Positions 46,164 to 55,751 of a stretch of 64,000 nt of DNA are shown piece by piece; position 1 is the first letter of the stretch, and every line of letters starts with the position of its first letter. Made by a program: the position numbers and the translations under genes. The DNA is from Bacteroidota bacterium (GTDB taxonomy: Bacteria; Bacteroidota; Bacteroidia; Bacteroidales; VadinHA17), in the NCBI GenBank assembly GCA_018262715.1, contig JADFDS010000040.1, positions 24,340 to 88,339 of the forward strand, in the 5' to 3' direction. The notes under the pieces are model-generated. The model saw nothing but the letters and a program-made list of their open reading frames with translations, searched no databases and was not told where the DNA came from.

Positions 46164-46781
46164 TCAGAAGATCAGTCCCACCTGCAAAAGCAATGCTCCT
46201 GTGCGGTCATCAAGCTGGAAGTTCTGGTCACCGATTTCTATCTCCTCACCGAACTGGTTGAGGTTCCCTTCATACCTCAGGTCAAAGGTGAGCCTTTTGA
46301 AAAGGTCAAATCCAAGACCTGCCTGGTATCCGAAGGTTGCCCTTTTATAGGTGGCTCCCTGTATTATCTCCTTCGGGTCAGATATCATGACTGAAGCTGC
46401 TGGACCAGCATTCAGCCTGAGCGGACCAACCTTTACCCCGAGAAGAACTGGAATGTTCAGTTTGTTGAACTTCTGGTTGTAGATCACCGGAGCGCCGCCG
46501 CCTTCCACATCCTCATATGATACCGAGTTGGTTGCTGTGGCAAGAAGCAGTTCAGGCTGAATATAGAATCCTGAAAAGGTGGCTCTCATGAATACTCCCC
46601 CCTGGAATCCCCATTCAGCATCCTTCGCATTCTGAAGAATCACCTCGAAATCGGTACCTTTAAAGGTCTGATCGGTAAAGGTGAAGTCGGTGCTTGCCCC
46701 GGCCTTAAGACCGAATTTGACCTGTGAAAACAACGGTGCGGCAAGAACCAGTGCAAGAATAATGACAATGAACTTTTTCAT
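46164..46781 (-). CDS. Outer-membrane beta-barrel protein (porin-like, 8-strand class)
   Basis: Signal peptide ending LFSQ, alternating beta-strand pattern, and a C-terminal aromatic-terminated strand (LLLQVGLIF). Confidence 0.7.
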   Translation of the reverse strand: MKKFIVIILALVLAAPLFSQVKFGLKAGASTDFTFTDQTFKGTDFEVILQNAKDAEWGFQGGVFMRATFSGFYIQPELLLATATNSVSYEDVEGGGAPVIYNQKFNKLNIPVLLGVKVGPLRLNAGPAASVMISDPKEIIQGATYKRATFGYQAGLGFDLFKRLTFDLRYEGNLNQFGEEIEIGDQNFQLDDRTGALLLQVGLIF

Positions 46782-46882
46782 TTCTCTCAGTTTTGGTTAA
46801 TAGAACAGTAGTAGTTATTGTTCTGATAAACGCAATATTCAGGCCAAAGGTTGCACCGGCAACCGGGAAAGAGCCTGTTTTT

Positions 46883-47410
46883 TTACTTTTTTGCCAGCTC
46901 TGAGAATATAACTGACTTCATTTTGTCAAACTCTTCACGCTCGAAAAGGCGGGTCAGAAAGATTATTTTGCCGTTGCGGTCAATGATGATATTCCGGGTA
47001 ACTCCGGCCTGTTTCTCGGCGTACAACCCGAAAATGTCAGCCCCCGGGTCAAGTGCCAGAGGGTAGGTGATTTTCATATCAGCGGCAAATTTCCTGACCG
47101 TTGCCTCAGGCTCGTCACGGTCAATACCGATAACCACAAGCCCCTGCTTCCTGCCCGGCATCCATATCTCCTCCTCGATGAATGGCATCTCCTTACGGCA
47201 TACGCTGCACCAGCTTGCCGTGAACTGGAGCATCACCACCTTTCCCTTCAGGTCTGACAGCTTATAGCTTTTCCCGCCAGCTTCATTAATTGCAAAATCA
47301 GGCGCACTGTCACCCACCTTTACAAGATAGTTGTTCTCATATACCTTTTGCCCGTGAGATAAAGCAGCAACCACCAACAGGGCAATCACCATCAAAACTG
47401 TTCTTTTCAT
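46883..47410 (-). CDS. TlpA/ResA-like thiol-disulfide oxidoreductase (redoxin family)
   Basis: Signal peptide and thioredoxin-fold motif FTASWCSVCRKEMP (CxxC). Confidence 0.85.
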   Translation of the reverse strand: MKRTVLMVIALLVVAALSHGQKVYENNYLVKVGDSAPDFAINEAGGKSYKLSDLKGKVVMLQFTASWCSVCRKEMPFIEEEIWMPGRKQGLVVIGIDRDEPEATVRKFAADMKITYPLALDPGADIFGLYAEKQAGVTRNIIIDRNGKIIFLTRLFEREEFDKMKSVIFSELAKK

Positions 47411-47515
47411 CGCTCTATATTAAAAGTACTAAGATATATGATTTCTCGGTTTACTTTGGTTATCGGGACAGGGTAATTATGTCTGCCCGGCAACTCCGGA
47501 GAATGCTGCTCCTCC

Positions 47516-48871
47516 CTATTTCAGAAGCTCATAGGAAAGACCTGCCTGAAACGATACATTCTTATCCAGATAGGGATTTCCCAGCAACCAGCCTTTTGTT
47601 TTTCCTGATACCGAAACAAATCCCGAGAAACTGTCATTGAACAAATACCTTGTCCTGATTCCTGCATACCCTCCGGTAACCATGGAATCTGAGAAGAATG
47701 ATTCAGGCTGGCTCCATACATTCAACCTGAGCTCCGACCGTACCTTGCCTGAGACACCCAGGTTGTACAGCGACAGACCAGCTCCAAGACCCGTGTCACT
47801 TTTGTTGCTGTACCTGTGAGCATTTACCATGACACCGAATCTTCTGAACCTGACCGGAACAAAGAGTGCAATGTCATTGCCAAAATGAGTGGGTGAATAC
47901 TGGGTGAAGAAATTGAATGAGAAACCCTCACTGAACTTAATTCTGTCGATAAAGAATATGCCGGGATTAAGAAAATTAAGAAGGGAAAGGTCCTTCTGCC
48001 TGGTAAGATAATCCTGCCCTTCGGACGAGAGATCAGAAAAGCCGATTCGCCTGTTTACCCCTTCACCTCCGGGGAACGGATCTCTTTCAGTATAAGGCAG
48101 GCCGGGATTGAACATGTCGTGTATCCAGGCATTAAGGTCAGCCCCTGCATAATCCCTCTCAGCAGGATTGGTGTTCTCATGTGGCGGAGCCAGCACTTTT
48201 ACAGAGTCGCTGGCCGGACTTGCAGAGAATCTGAAGTAATTATACACATACCAGGCATTGTACAATAACAAAGAGGCTTTGGGCAAAGACCTTTCGAAAT
48301 AGAATTCACTGATGGCAATCCGTTCATTCAGATTGATTTCATATTGCACTCCGGCGACATAAGAGTAGAGCAGGTTATTAATTCCGGTGGTCTTCAGGTC
48401 CTGCAGAGTCATATCCGAAATCCCGTAAACAGTCCCGTCCCAGCGGCTGAGGAACCAGTTACCGTTCTTCGAAGAGACTCCGCTGGTGCCGAGGACAGCC
48501 CGGTGATATTCCTCATGAGCCCATACTCCGAGCGGAATCGGAAGTTCACTGCCATATTTTGAAAATCCAAGTCCCAGAGCATACTTGAATGCACTATTGG
48601 TAAACCTGCCGAATCTTGTTTCCGGCTTTGACCTGGAAGTGAAAATTGCATCTCCGAGTTCATCAATTCCCCAGTATGCGAGGTCATACATGCCGGAGGA
48701 GAATTCAAGTGCCTGGTTCATGGATGGATACCTGTATGGCAGGTCAATGTTCTGTGGCAGGTCAATCAAAGGAATGTCAAGCCGCAGCCTGTATTCAGGA
48801 TTGTCCTGACCTGATGAGAGTGCTGATGATAATAGAAAGACTACCATCAAAAAGTTTTGACTTGATTTCAT
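47516..48871 (-). CDS. Hypothetical exported / outer-membrane protein
   Basis: 451 aa with signal peptide (VVFLLSSALSSGQ). C-terminal third has beta-strand alternation. No motif recognised. Confidence 0.55.
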   Translation of the reverse strand: MKSSQNFLMVVFLLSSALSSGQDNPEYRLRLDIPLIDLPQNIDLPYRYPSMNQALEFSSGMYDLAYWGIDELGDAIFTSRSKPETRFGRFTNSAFKYALGLGFSKYGSELPIPLGVWAHEEYHRAVLGTSGVSSKNGNWFLSRWDGTVYGISDMTLQDLKTTGINNLLYSYVAGVQYEINLNERIAISEFYFERSLPKASLLLYNAWYVYNYFRFSASPASDSVKVLAPPHENTNPAERDYAGADLNAWIHDMFNPGLPYTERDPFPGGEGVNRRIGFSDLSSEGQDYLTRQKDLSLLNFLNPGIFFIDRIKFSEGFSFNFFTQYSPTHFGNDIALFVPVRFRRFGVMVNAHRYSNKSDTGLGAGLSLYNLGVSGKVRSELRLNVWSQPESFFSDSMVTGGYAGIRTRYLFNDSFSGFVSVSGKTKGWLLGNPYLDKNVSFQAGLSYELLK

Positions 48872-48922
48872 AGTGCAGATTTTAAGGATTTGAAGAAGAA
48901 CAGAAATAAATCCTTATTGTTT

Positions 48923-48969
48923 ACTCCGGGCCGGAGTACCCGGCTCCGGGAAGCGGCCTGTCCCGGAGC
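48923..48969. other. GC-rich tandem hairpins sharing a CTCCGG/CCGGAG core
   Basis: ACTCCGG-G-CCGGAGT (48923-48937) and GCTCCGGGA-AGCGGCCTG-TCCCGGAGC (48943-48969). Located between two minus-strand genes. Confidence 0.3.
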
Positions 48970-49041
48970 TGTTGAAGGTACATGCCACATAATCACCGGC
49001 AGCATAAATAATGGGCGTCTGAGATATATCACAACGCTTTT

Positions 49042-49491
49042 TCAGACCTCCTCCTCATCAATGATTGCCTCCAGGTAAACACTGCTTTTTATCAGCTCAA
49101 GGTATCCCTCATCAGACTCCCTGAATCCAAATTCAAAACAGTAAGACCAGCGTAAACCCTCCCTGGTTTCGACAAGATGCGTAAAGAAGGTGAAATTGTA
49201 GCCCTGGGCTATAAGTGCATCACGGTGAATCCGGTGATGACCGTCCCCGTAGAGATCTGACAGGATTTTCCTGTTCCGCCTGAGCTGCGCATGCACATTG
49301 CGCACGTAGTTGTTCTGATCACGGTTGAGACGGTTGTTGTAGTTGTTCCGGCACTGGTCAGAACAAAATTTCTTATCAGACCGTCCGTGGAGCCTGGCTC
49401 CGCAGTCAAGACATACCCTTTCCACAGCGAGAATGTTTTCATAAAGGTAAAATAATTCCGTGGAACGGGCATACTGAAAACTGCACATCAT
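49042..49491 (-). CDS. Hypothetical protein with N-terminal zinc-ribbon/FCS-type motif
   Basis: CLDCGARLHGRSDKKFCSDQCRNNYN (CxxC...CxxxC), followed by a basic helical region. Confidence 0.55.
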   Translation of the reverse strand: MMCSFQYARSTELFYLYENILAVERVCLDCGARLHGRSDKKFCSDQCRNNYNNRLNRDQNNYVRNVHAQLRRNRKILSDLYGDGHHRIHRDALIAQGYNFTFFTHLVETREGLRWSYCFEFGFRESDEGYLELIKSSVYLEAIIDEEEV

Positions 49492-49511
49492 TCTGATTAC
49501 TATTCTGTAAC

Positions 49512-49525
49512 CCGTTTACAAACGG
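49512..49525. promoter_or_regulatory. 14-bp palindrome CCGTTT-AC-AAACGG in the divergent promoter region (candidate operator)
   Basis: Perfect 6-bp arms between the divergently transcribed zinc-ribbon gene and ssb. Confidence 0.25.
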
Positions 49526-49631
49526 ATATAAACGACTGCTAAATGTATAGAAGTGATTAACAACCGGATCAAATGCCGGCGAGGGTGCACATTTGTATCG
49601 TTAACAGCTTTATTAACTAAAAACGAATGTC

Positions 49632-50096
49632 ATGAATGCATTGAGAAACAAAGTTCAGCTGATCGGTCGCCTGGGACAGGATCCGGAAATCAAAACGCTT
49701 GAGAGCGGAAAGAAGGTTGCCCGCTTCAACCTCGCCACCAATGAGAGCTACAAAAACTCTGAAGGTGCAAAGATCGATGAGACCACCTGGCACAGTATCG
49801 TGGTATGGAACGGTCTTGCCGAGCTTACCTCGAAGTATCTCACAAAGGGTAAGGAAGTATGCATCGAGGGGCGCATAAGCTATCGCTCCTATACTGACAA
49901 AAACGGAATCCAGAGGAATGTTACGGAAATCGTGGCCTCGGACATGGTAATGCTTGGTTCCGGAGCCAGGCCGAGAGGACTGATCGGTGACGAGCCAGGG
50001 GAGGACATGGCCGATGATCCGGCAGCAGGGCTGGCTGATGAACCGGTTGAGGCCGGGGCTTCCACCCACCGGGGCAGCAGGGTCAGGATGAAGTGA
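49632..50096 (+). CDS. ssb: Single-stranded DNA-binding protein (OB fold), atypical C-terminus
   Basis: OB-fold N-terminus NKVQLIGRLGQDPEIKTLESGKKVARFNLATNE...TTWHSIVVW. The C-terminal tail is acidic and then ends RGSRVRMK, not in an acidic hydrophobic tip. Confidence 0.85.
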   Translation: MNALRNKVQLIGRLGQDPEIKTLESGKKVARFNLATNESYKNSEGAKIDETTWHSIVVWNGLAELTSKYLTKGKEVCIEGRISYRSYTDKNGIQRNVTEIVASDMVMLGSGARPRGLIGDEPGEDMADDPAAGLADEPVEAGASTHRGSRVRMK

Positions 50097-50219
50097 ATCA
50101 GGCGCTTCGCTTTATCCCGGGCGCAAGACCGGAATGAAGTGAGGCCGTCCGGGATTTGTTACCAGATCAAAGCCATTCATGGAGGGGGGAGAGAGTGTGG
50201 AGAGGGTGTCTCGCCGGAA

Positions 50220-50242
50220 GGCCCCGGCAAAGCGCCGGGGCC
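50220..50242. terminator. Candidate GC hairpin terminator between the convergent ssb and iorB genes
   Basis: GGCCCCGGC-AAAGC-GCCGGGGCC perfect 9-bp stem. The following T-tract is weak (TGTTTG). Confidence 0.35.
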
Positions 50243-50285
50243 TGTTTGCCTGGTTGCCTTTTCTATCTGCAGGCAGGTGCACGCG

Positions 50286-50864
50286 TCACCTGGCAGCTGC
50301 CGCATCCCTCCCGGCACGCAGTGCCTTCAGATTGACCTCAACAACCTCTTCTCCCTTGCGGCCGAACATCTTCCTGACCGCATCTTCGAGCGCCGTGAAG
50401 GGCATCGAGATGAATGACGAAGCAGCACCCAGGATGACCATGTTGCCTGATCTGGCTGATCCCAGGTCACGTGCAATGCCGTCTGCATCAAGCACAATGG
50501 TGTTACCCGCCCTGTTAAGTTCAGCCAGCACCTCTCCTACCTCCGGGTAATCGGAGATATTCACGAAGGGAACCGAATTGGTAACCAGCCATCCGCTCTC
50601 TGAGAGCCATGGCAGATAACGAAGTGCCTCCATGGGTTCAACACTTATGATGAGATCTGCACCTCCGTGCGGTATAAGATCTGAAAAAATCTCGCTGTCG
50701 GAGAGACGCAGGTGCGACTGCACGTCGCCCCCGCGCTGGCTCATACCATGTACCTCCGCCTGCTTGAGGAAGAGGTTCTGTTCAACGGCTGCAAGCCCTA
50801 TCGTGGCTGCAATGGAGAGAATACCCTGTCCTCCCACTCCTGCAAGTATAATATCACATTTCAT
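50286..50864 (-). CDS. iorB: Indolepyruvate:ferredoxin oxidoreductase subunit beta
   Basis: N-terminal MKCDIILAGVGGQGILS (OFOR gamma-type domain). Starts 1 nt after iorA. Confidence 0.9.
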   Translation of the reverse strand: MKCDIILAGVGGQGILSIAATIGLAAVEQNLFLKQAEVHGMSQRGGDVQSHLRLSDSEIFSDLIPHGGADLIISVEPMEALRYLPWLSESGWLVTNSVPFVNISDYPEVGEVLAELNRAGNTIVLDADGIARDLGSARSGNMVILGAASSFISMPFTALEDAVRKMFGRKGEEVVEVNLKALRAGRDAAAAR

Positions 50865-50865
50865 A

Positions 50866-52485
50866 TCATTCCCTTGATTTGTTTTTCTCAGCCGCTTCGG
50901 CCTTTTTGTTGCGTGATGCCGTCTGGATGCACTCCCGTCTTGCCAGTATCACCGAGATACCGTGATAATTGAGTTCAGCGCGGATAACGGCTTTGTTCTC
51001 CTCATGATTCTTTCTCAGAGGCACTATCACCTTCAGGTGATCAGGATCAACACCCAGCCCCAGGCAGATGCTCTCAAGCCTGTCAGTGGCCTGCGATTTC
51101 TGCCCCCCGGTCATCCCGGTGGTGGAGTTGTCAGAGATAATCAGTGTTACCGGTGAATTCTTGATCACCGCATCAAGCAGTCCTGTCATGCCTGAATGGG
51201 TAAATGTGGAGTCACCTATCACGGCCACTGCCGGAAACAGACCGGCATCTGCAGCTCCGATTGCCATTGTCACCGAGGCTCCCATATCAACACACGAATT
51301 GACCATGTTGTATGGTGGCAGGGCGCCGAGGGTATAACAGCCGATATCTGAAAAGACGCGTCCGGGCCCGGCTTCTGCCATTACCTCTGACAACGCCTGG
51401 TACAGGTCGGCATGTCCGCAGCCCTTGCAGAACGACGGGGGACGCTGACGCACCAGCGAGGGAACCTCCCTGCCCTGACCGGCCCTGAGACCCAGGGCAC
51501 TGGCAACAATTGACGGATTAAGCTCCCCGTCGCGGGGTACCGTACCGTCCATCCTGCCCAGAACTTTGACGTCACGGTCAAGAAGACCCCTTAGCTGCTC
51601 CTCGATTATCGGATAACCCTCTTCCAGCACAAGAACCCTGTCACAGTTTTCCACCAATGCTGCAACCTTTTCCCTTTTGAGGGGATAAGCACCCACTGAT
51701 AGAACGTGATAATCTCCTGCTCGGTCAGCAATGTTTTCCATCAGGTAATTGTAAGCAATCCCGCAGGTAATGACCCCTGTGCCCCTGCCGTTTCCGGATT
51801 TCAGCCTGTTGAGCCCGTCAACAGCATCGTCAGTGCGCAGTTTCTCATAAACCGCTGTAAGAGCCCTGTACTGCTTCCTGGCTATCGCTGGAAGAAGCAC
51901 AAACTGCCGCGGATTCGAAGGCAGGGCAACACTGTTCTGAGCAATCTTTTCCCTCCGTGCAACAGATGACCTTGAATGTGCCAGCCTGGTTGTAATCCTG
52001 AACAACACAGGAAGCCTGTACTTCTCCGAGAGGGCAAAGGCTTCAAAGATCATGTCATAGGCCTCCTGCTGGTTACGCGGCTCCATTACCGGAACCAGGG
52101 CAAACTTGCCATAAAAGCGCGAGTCCTGCTCATTCTGGGATGAATGCATTGACGGATCATCTGCTGATACAACCACCAGCCCGCCGTTGACTCCCGTCAC
52201 CGCCGAGTTGATGAACGCATCAGCCGCCACATTCAACCCTACATGCTTCATTGCAACCATCGCCCTCTTGCCTGCATATGACATCCCCAGGGCAGCCTCC
52301 ATGGCTGTCTTCTCATTTGACGACCATTCACGGTGAACACCGTCCGCAGCAGCCTGCGGCGAAGCCTGGATGTACTCCATAATCTCAGTTGACGGAGTAC
52401 CCGGATAAGCATACATTCCGCTCAGGCCTGCATCCAGGGCAGCCTGCGCAATAGCCTCATCTCCAAGCAATAAGAGTTTATGCAT
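50866..52485 (-). CDS. iorA: Indolepyruvate:ferredoxin oxidoreductase subunit alpha (TPP enzyme)
   Basis: N-terminal LLLGDEAIAQAALDAGLSGMYAYPGTPSTEI. TPP-binding region GDSTFTHSGMTGL. Paired with iorB. Confidence 0.9.
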   Translation of the reverse strand: MHKLLLLGDEAIAQAALDAGLSGMYAYPGTPSTEIMEYIQASPQAAADGVHREWSSNEKTAMEAALGMSYAGKRAMVAMKHVGLNVAADAFINSAVTGVNGGLVVVSADDPSMHSSQNEQDSRFYGKFALVPVMEPRNQQEAYDMIFEAFALSEKYRLPVLFRITTRLAHSRSSVARREKIAQNSVALPSNPRQFVLLPAIARKQYRALTAVYEKLRTDDAVDGLNRLKSGNGRGTGVITCGIAYNYLMENIADRAGDYHVLSVGAYPLKREKVAALVENCDRVLVLEEGYPIIEEQLRGLLDRDVKVLGRMDGTVPRDGELNPSIVASALGLRAGQGREVPSLVRQRPPSFCKGCGHADLYQALSEVMAEAGPGRVFSDIGCYTLGALPPYNMVNSCVDMGASVTMAIGAADAGLFPAVAVIGDSTFTHSGMTGLLDAVIKNSPVTLIISDNSTTGMTGGQKSQATDRLESICLGLGVDPDHLKVIVPLRKNHEENKAVIRAELNYHGISVILARRECIQTASRNKKAEAAEKNKSRE

Positions 52486-52602
52486 AATTATTTAGCTTTA
52501 GTTTGTTTACGGTTACGGTGACAGTAAAGATGATTAAAGTTAAGTTAAAATCAAGAAGTAAATGTCATTATTGTTTACTTTACATCACAAAATTATCTGT
52601 CT

Positions 52603-53283
52603 TTGAAGAAGTTTTTGGTGATTTGCATCATGCTGTTGTTCTCGTTCCCGTGGCTGGGTGCCCAGACCGGAGAGAGAAAATATATCCAGATCGACGGCAT
52701 GACTGCAGATGAAAGGGGATTCATTGTTCCTGATGTAAGCATATATTCGAAGCACCTGCGCCGGGGAGCTGCAAGTGATCACCGGGGTATCTTCTCCATT
52801 ATAAGCGCTCCCGGTGACACTGTATTCTTCAGTTCCATTGGCTATAAACCGACACTGCTGACCATCCCCGTAACTGCCACAGGCGACCATTACATAACAG
52901 ATGTGATAATGGTCACCGATACAATCCAGATCGGAGAGGTACTGGTCCTTCCGTGGAAGACCTATTCAGAGTTCAAGAGGGCTGTTCTCGAAGATAAACC
53001 CAGGGACCCCCTGATGGAGAACATGGAATATAACCTTGCCATGGTCCAGCAGCAGATCTGGAGTGACATGCGCCCCACACCCGGGGAGGCATACCACTAC
53101 ACCATGCAGCAAATGTCTGACCAGCTCTACACCAGGGGCCAATCTCCCGCAAACAACCTGCTCAATCCATTTGCCTGGCAGAAGTTTGTCCAGGGAGTCA
53201 AAAGCGGAATGCTGAAGAACGAACCCTCAAAGGCCGTCAAGGTTAAGAAGCACAAAAGCCGCAAGAAAAAAAAGAGTGACTGA
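52603..53283 (+). CDS. Carboxypeptidase-regulatory-like domain protein (exported)
   Basis: Signal peptide (TTG start, ...FPWLGAQ). CarboxypepD_reg-like segment (IQIDGMTADERGFIVPDVSIY...GIFSIISAPGDTVFFSSIGYK). Lys-rich C-terminus. Confidence 0.65.
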   Translation: MKKFLVICIMLLFSFPWLGAQTGERKYIQIDGMTADERGFIVPDVSIYSKHLRRGAASDHRGIFSIISAPGDTVFFSSIGYKPTLLTIPVTATGDHYITDVIMVTDTIQIGEVLVLPWKTYSEFKRAVLEDKPRDPLMENMEYNLAMVQQQIWSDMRPTPGEAYHYTMQQMSDQLYTRGQSPANNLLNPFAWQKFVQGVKSGMLKNEPSKAVKVKKHKSRKKKKSD

Positions 53284-55706
53284 TGGTCAGGTCTTCAGCC
53301 ATAAGACTGCTTACAGTATCCTTATTCCTCTCAATCATCCCCGCCGGCTTCCTTAACGGACAGGAGAAAGTCATCTCCGGCATTGTCACAGATACTGCAG
53401 GTGTGGCGGTTGCAGGTGCTACGGTATTCATTCCTTCCGTGGAAAGGGGAACATTATGCGGAAATGACGGTTCGTTCCGGCTTGCCTTCACCCCGGGAGA
53501 ATCTGAGAGCCTGACGGTTATCTTCTCGTGTGTCGGATACAGCGCTGACACTGTCACCCTGAAGGCAGATGGCACCCTTGATGGCATTCGTGTGGTACTC
53601 ATCCCTGCAACGACAATCATCGAGGGTGTTGAGGTAAGAGCCAGCCGTCCTGACAATGTCACGGTGATAGGCATACCTGCTGTGGCAGGTGCAGTTATAC
53701 CATCGGTAAGCGGAGGAGTGGAATCAGCGGTTGCCACCCTGCCGGGAGTCAGCGCCTTCAGTGAGCTGAGCTCAGGCTATTCAGTCAGGGGTGGCAGCTA
53801 CGACGAAAACCTTGTCTACCTTAATGACGTTGAGATTTACCGTCCGTATCTCCTCCGTACCGGTCAGCAGGAAGGGCTTAGCAGGATCAATCCCGATCTC
53901 ACTGCCTCGGTAAATTTCTCTCCGGGAGGATTCAGCGCTGCCTACGGTGACCGCATGTCGTCAGTGCTTGACATAACTTACCGGGAGCCTGAATCCCGTG
54001 AGGGATCGGTCTCGCTGAGTCTGCTCACCTCATCGGTGCATGCCGGGGCCCGCAGCAATGACAACAGGTTCTGGTTCATCGCCGGGGCCCGCTACCGGTC
54101 AAATGCCATCCTTCTGGGCGGCCTTGATACCCGCGGCGCCTACCGTCCCCATTTTGCAGATATCCAGGCTATAGGCGGATTCCGGCCTGACAGCCGCACG
54201 GGAATCACCCTGACTCTATGGGGCTCACTAAACCGTTATACATTCTTGCCGAGAAGCCAGACAACCACATTTGGTACTGTCGAGAACGCATACCGTCTTT
54301 ATGCCTTTTTCGAAGGGGGTGAACGTGACAGATACAACAGCGGCGGCGGAGCTCTCACCCTTGAACGGAAACACACTGACCGCCTGTTGACTAAGCTGAT
54401 CATCTCATCCAGCCACGCGGGTGAGTATGAGAGCTATGACATAAGGGGTGCATACAGCCTGTCGGCCCTCGACATGAATGTGGGAAGTGAAAACAATCCG
54501 GATACGCTGCTCAATGCAGGCGCCGGCAGCTGGCTGTCTCACGCCCGTAACTCCTTCAGGAGTCTCATCGCGGGAGTCTCATACCGCGGTTCACTCTCCT
54601 CGGGGAAAAACGGCCTTGAGTGGGGCCTTGCCGCCAGGCAGCGCAGCTATGACTCTTTCCGGAATGAGTGGCTCAGGGTTGACTCTGCCGGTTATACACC
54701 AGGCCAACCAGGTGATGGGCTGGCTCTGACTTCCCGCACTGTCCTCGGGAATGAGACCCGCAGCCTCACCAGTGAGGGATGGCTCATCAGCCGCAGGCGC
54801 TTTGCCGTGGCCGGGCGGGCGTGCGACCTCAACGCCGGGATCAGAGCCTCATATGATACATACAGTTCCGAAATACTTATCTCACCACGCGTATCACTGC
54901 GCAGTGAGATTACCCGGCAAGTCTCCCTTTACCTTGCTGCCGGCGCATATCACCAGCCTCCCGAAGGCAGGGAACTGATCCGTGAAGATGGTGAAAGCGG
55001 ATCTTACCCAAAGGCACAGCGTTCTTACCACCTGACGGCCGGAGTTCGCTATGACTTCACAGCCTGGGAAAGACCATTCAGATTCACCGCTGAAGCCTGG
55101 GGCAAACTGTTTGACAGGCTTATTCCATATAAGTCAGACAATGTCAGGCTTATTTACTACGGCGGCAATATTGCCGAAGGATACTCCGCAGGAATTGACA
55201 TGCGTGTCAATGGTGAATTTGTGCCGGGAGTGGAATCATGGTTCAGCATGTCACTTATGAAATCCGAAATACAGATACCTGAGCTGTCTACCGGCTGGTA
55301 TCCGGCCCCGTTCGACCAGAGGATGCACTTCAGCATCTTCTTCCAGGATTACCTCCCGGGCCATCCTGACTTCAGGGCACATATCAATATTGCCTTCGGT
55401 ACCGGAATCCCGACCTCCCCTCCTGGTCATGAACAGTGGGATATATGGTTCAGGATGCCACCCTACAGGCGCATTGATATCGGCTTTTCGAAAGTCCTAT
55501 TGGGTGCCGGAAGAGCCAACAGGGATTCGTTCATGAAAGAGCTTGTGGCAGGTGTTGAGATATTCAACCTTGCCGATATAAGGAACACAATCTCATATAC
55601 ATGGATAAGGACTGTCAGAAACAGCCAGGGACAGACACGGGAATATGCTGTTCCGAATTATCTCACAAGAAGAAGCCTGAACCTGAAACTGACAGCACAA
55701 TTCTGA
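53283..55706 (+). CDS. TonB-dependent receptor-like outer-membrane protein with N-terminal CarboxypepD_reg domain
   Basis: ISGIVTDTAGVAVAGATVFI (CarboxypepD_reg). Plug-like SVRGGSYDENLVYLNDVEIYRP. Long beta-barrel ending in a terminal aromatic residue (LKLTAQF). Confidence 0.8.
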   Translation: MVRSSAIRLLTVSLFLSIIPAGFLNGQEKVISGIVTDTAGVAVAGATVFIPSVERGTLCGNDGSFRLAFTPGESESLTVIFSCVGYSADTVTLKADGTLDGIRVVLIPATTIIEGVEVRASRPDNVTVIGIPAVAGAVIPSVSGGVESAVATLPGVSAFSELSSGYSVRGGSYDENLVYLNDVEIYRPYLLRTGQQEGLSRINPDLTASVNFSPGGFSAAYGDRMSSVLDITYREPESREGSVSLSLLTSSVHAGARSNDNRFWFIAGARYRSNAILLGGLDTRGAYRPHFADIQAIGGFRPDSRTGITLTLWGSLNRYTFLPRSQTTTFGTVENAYRLYAFFEGGERDRYNSGGGALTLERKHTDRLLTKLIISSSHAGEYESYDIRGAYSLSALDMNVGSENNPDTLLNAGAGSWLSHARNSFRSLIAGVSYRGSLSSGKNGLEWGLAARQRSYDSFRNEWLRVDSAGYTPGQPGDGLALTSRTVLGNETRSLTSEGWLISRRRFAVAGRACDLNAGIRASYDTYSSEILISPRVSLRSEITRQVSLYLAAGAYHQPPEGRELIREDGESGSYPKAQRSYHLTAGVRYDFTAWERPFRFTAEAWGKLFDRLIPYKSDNVRLIYYGGNIAEGYSAGIDMRVNGEFVPGVESWFSMSLMKSEIQIPELSTGWYPAPFDQRMHFSIFFQDYLPGHPDFRAHINIAFGTGIPTSPPGHEQWDIWFRMPPYRRIDIGFSKVLLGAGRANRDSFMKELVAGVEIFNLADIRNTISYTWIRTVRNSQGQTREYAVPNYLTRRSLNLKLTAQF

Positions 55707-55751
55707 CGTATAAAGAGGTCAGAGTGACTTTTTTACTAATTTCGTACCCTG

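Noticed and set aside
46851-46866. GGTTGC-ACCG-GCAACC hairpin as terminator of the TlpA-like gene
   Set aside because: The stem is only 6 bp and the T-tract is poor (TTTGG on the minus strand). That is too weak to call.
50139-50550. ORFs of 92 and 123 aa in the ssb-iorB spacer
   Set aside because: They run antisense into iorB, are Arg/Pro/Ala-rich and lack start context. The spacer is better explained by a GC hairpin at 50220-50242.
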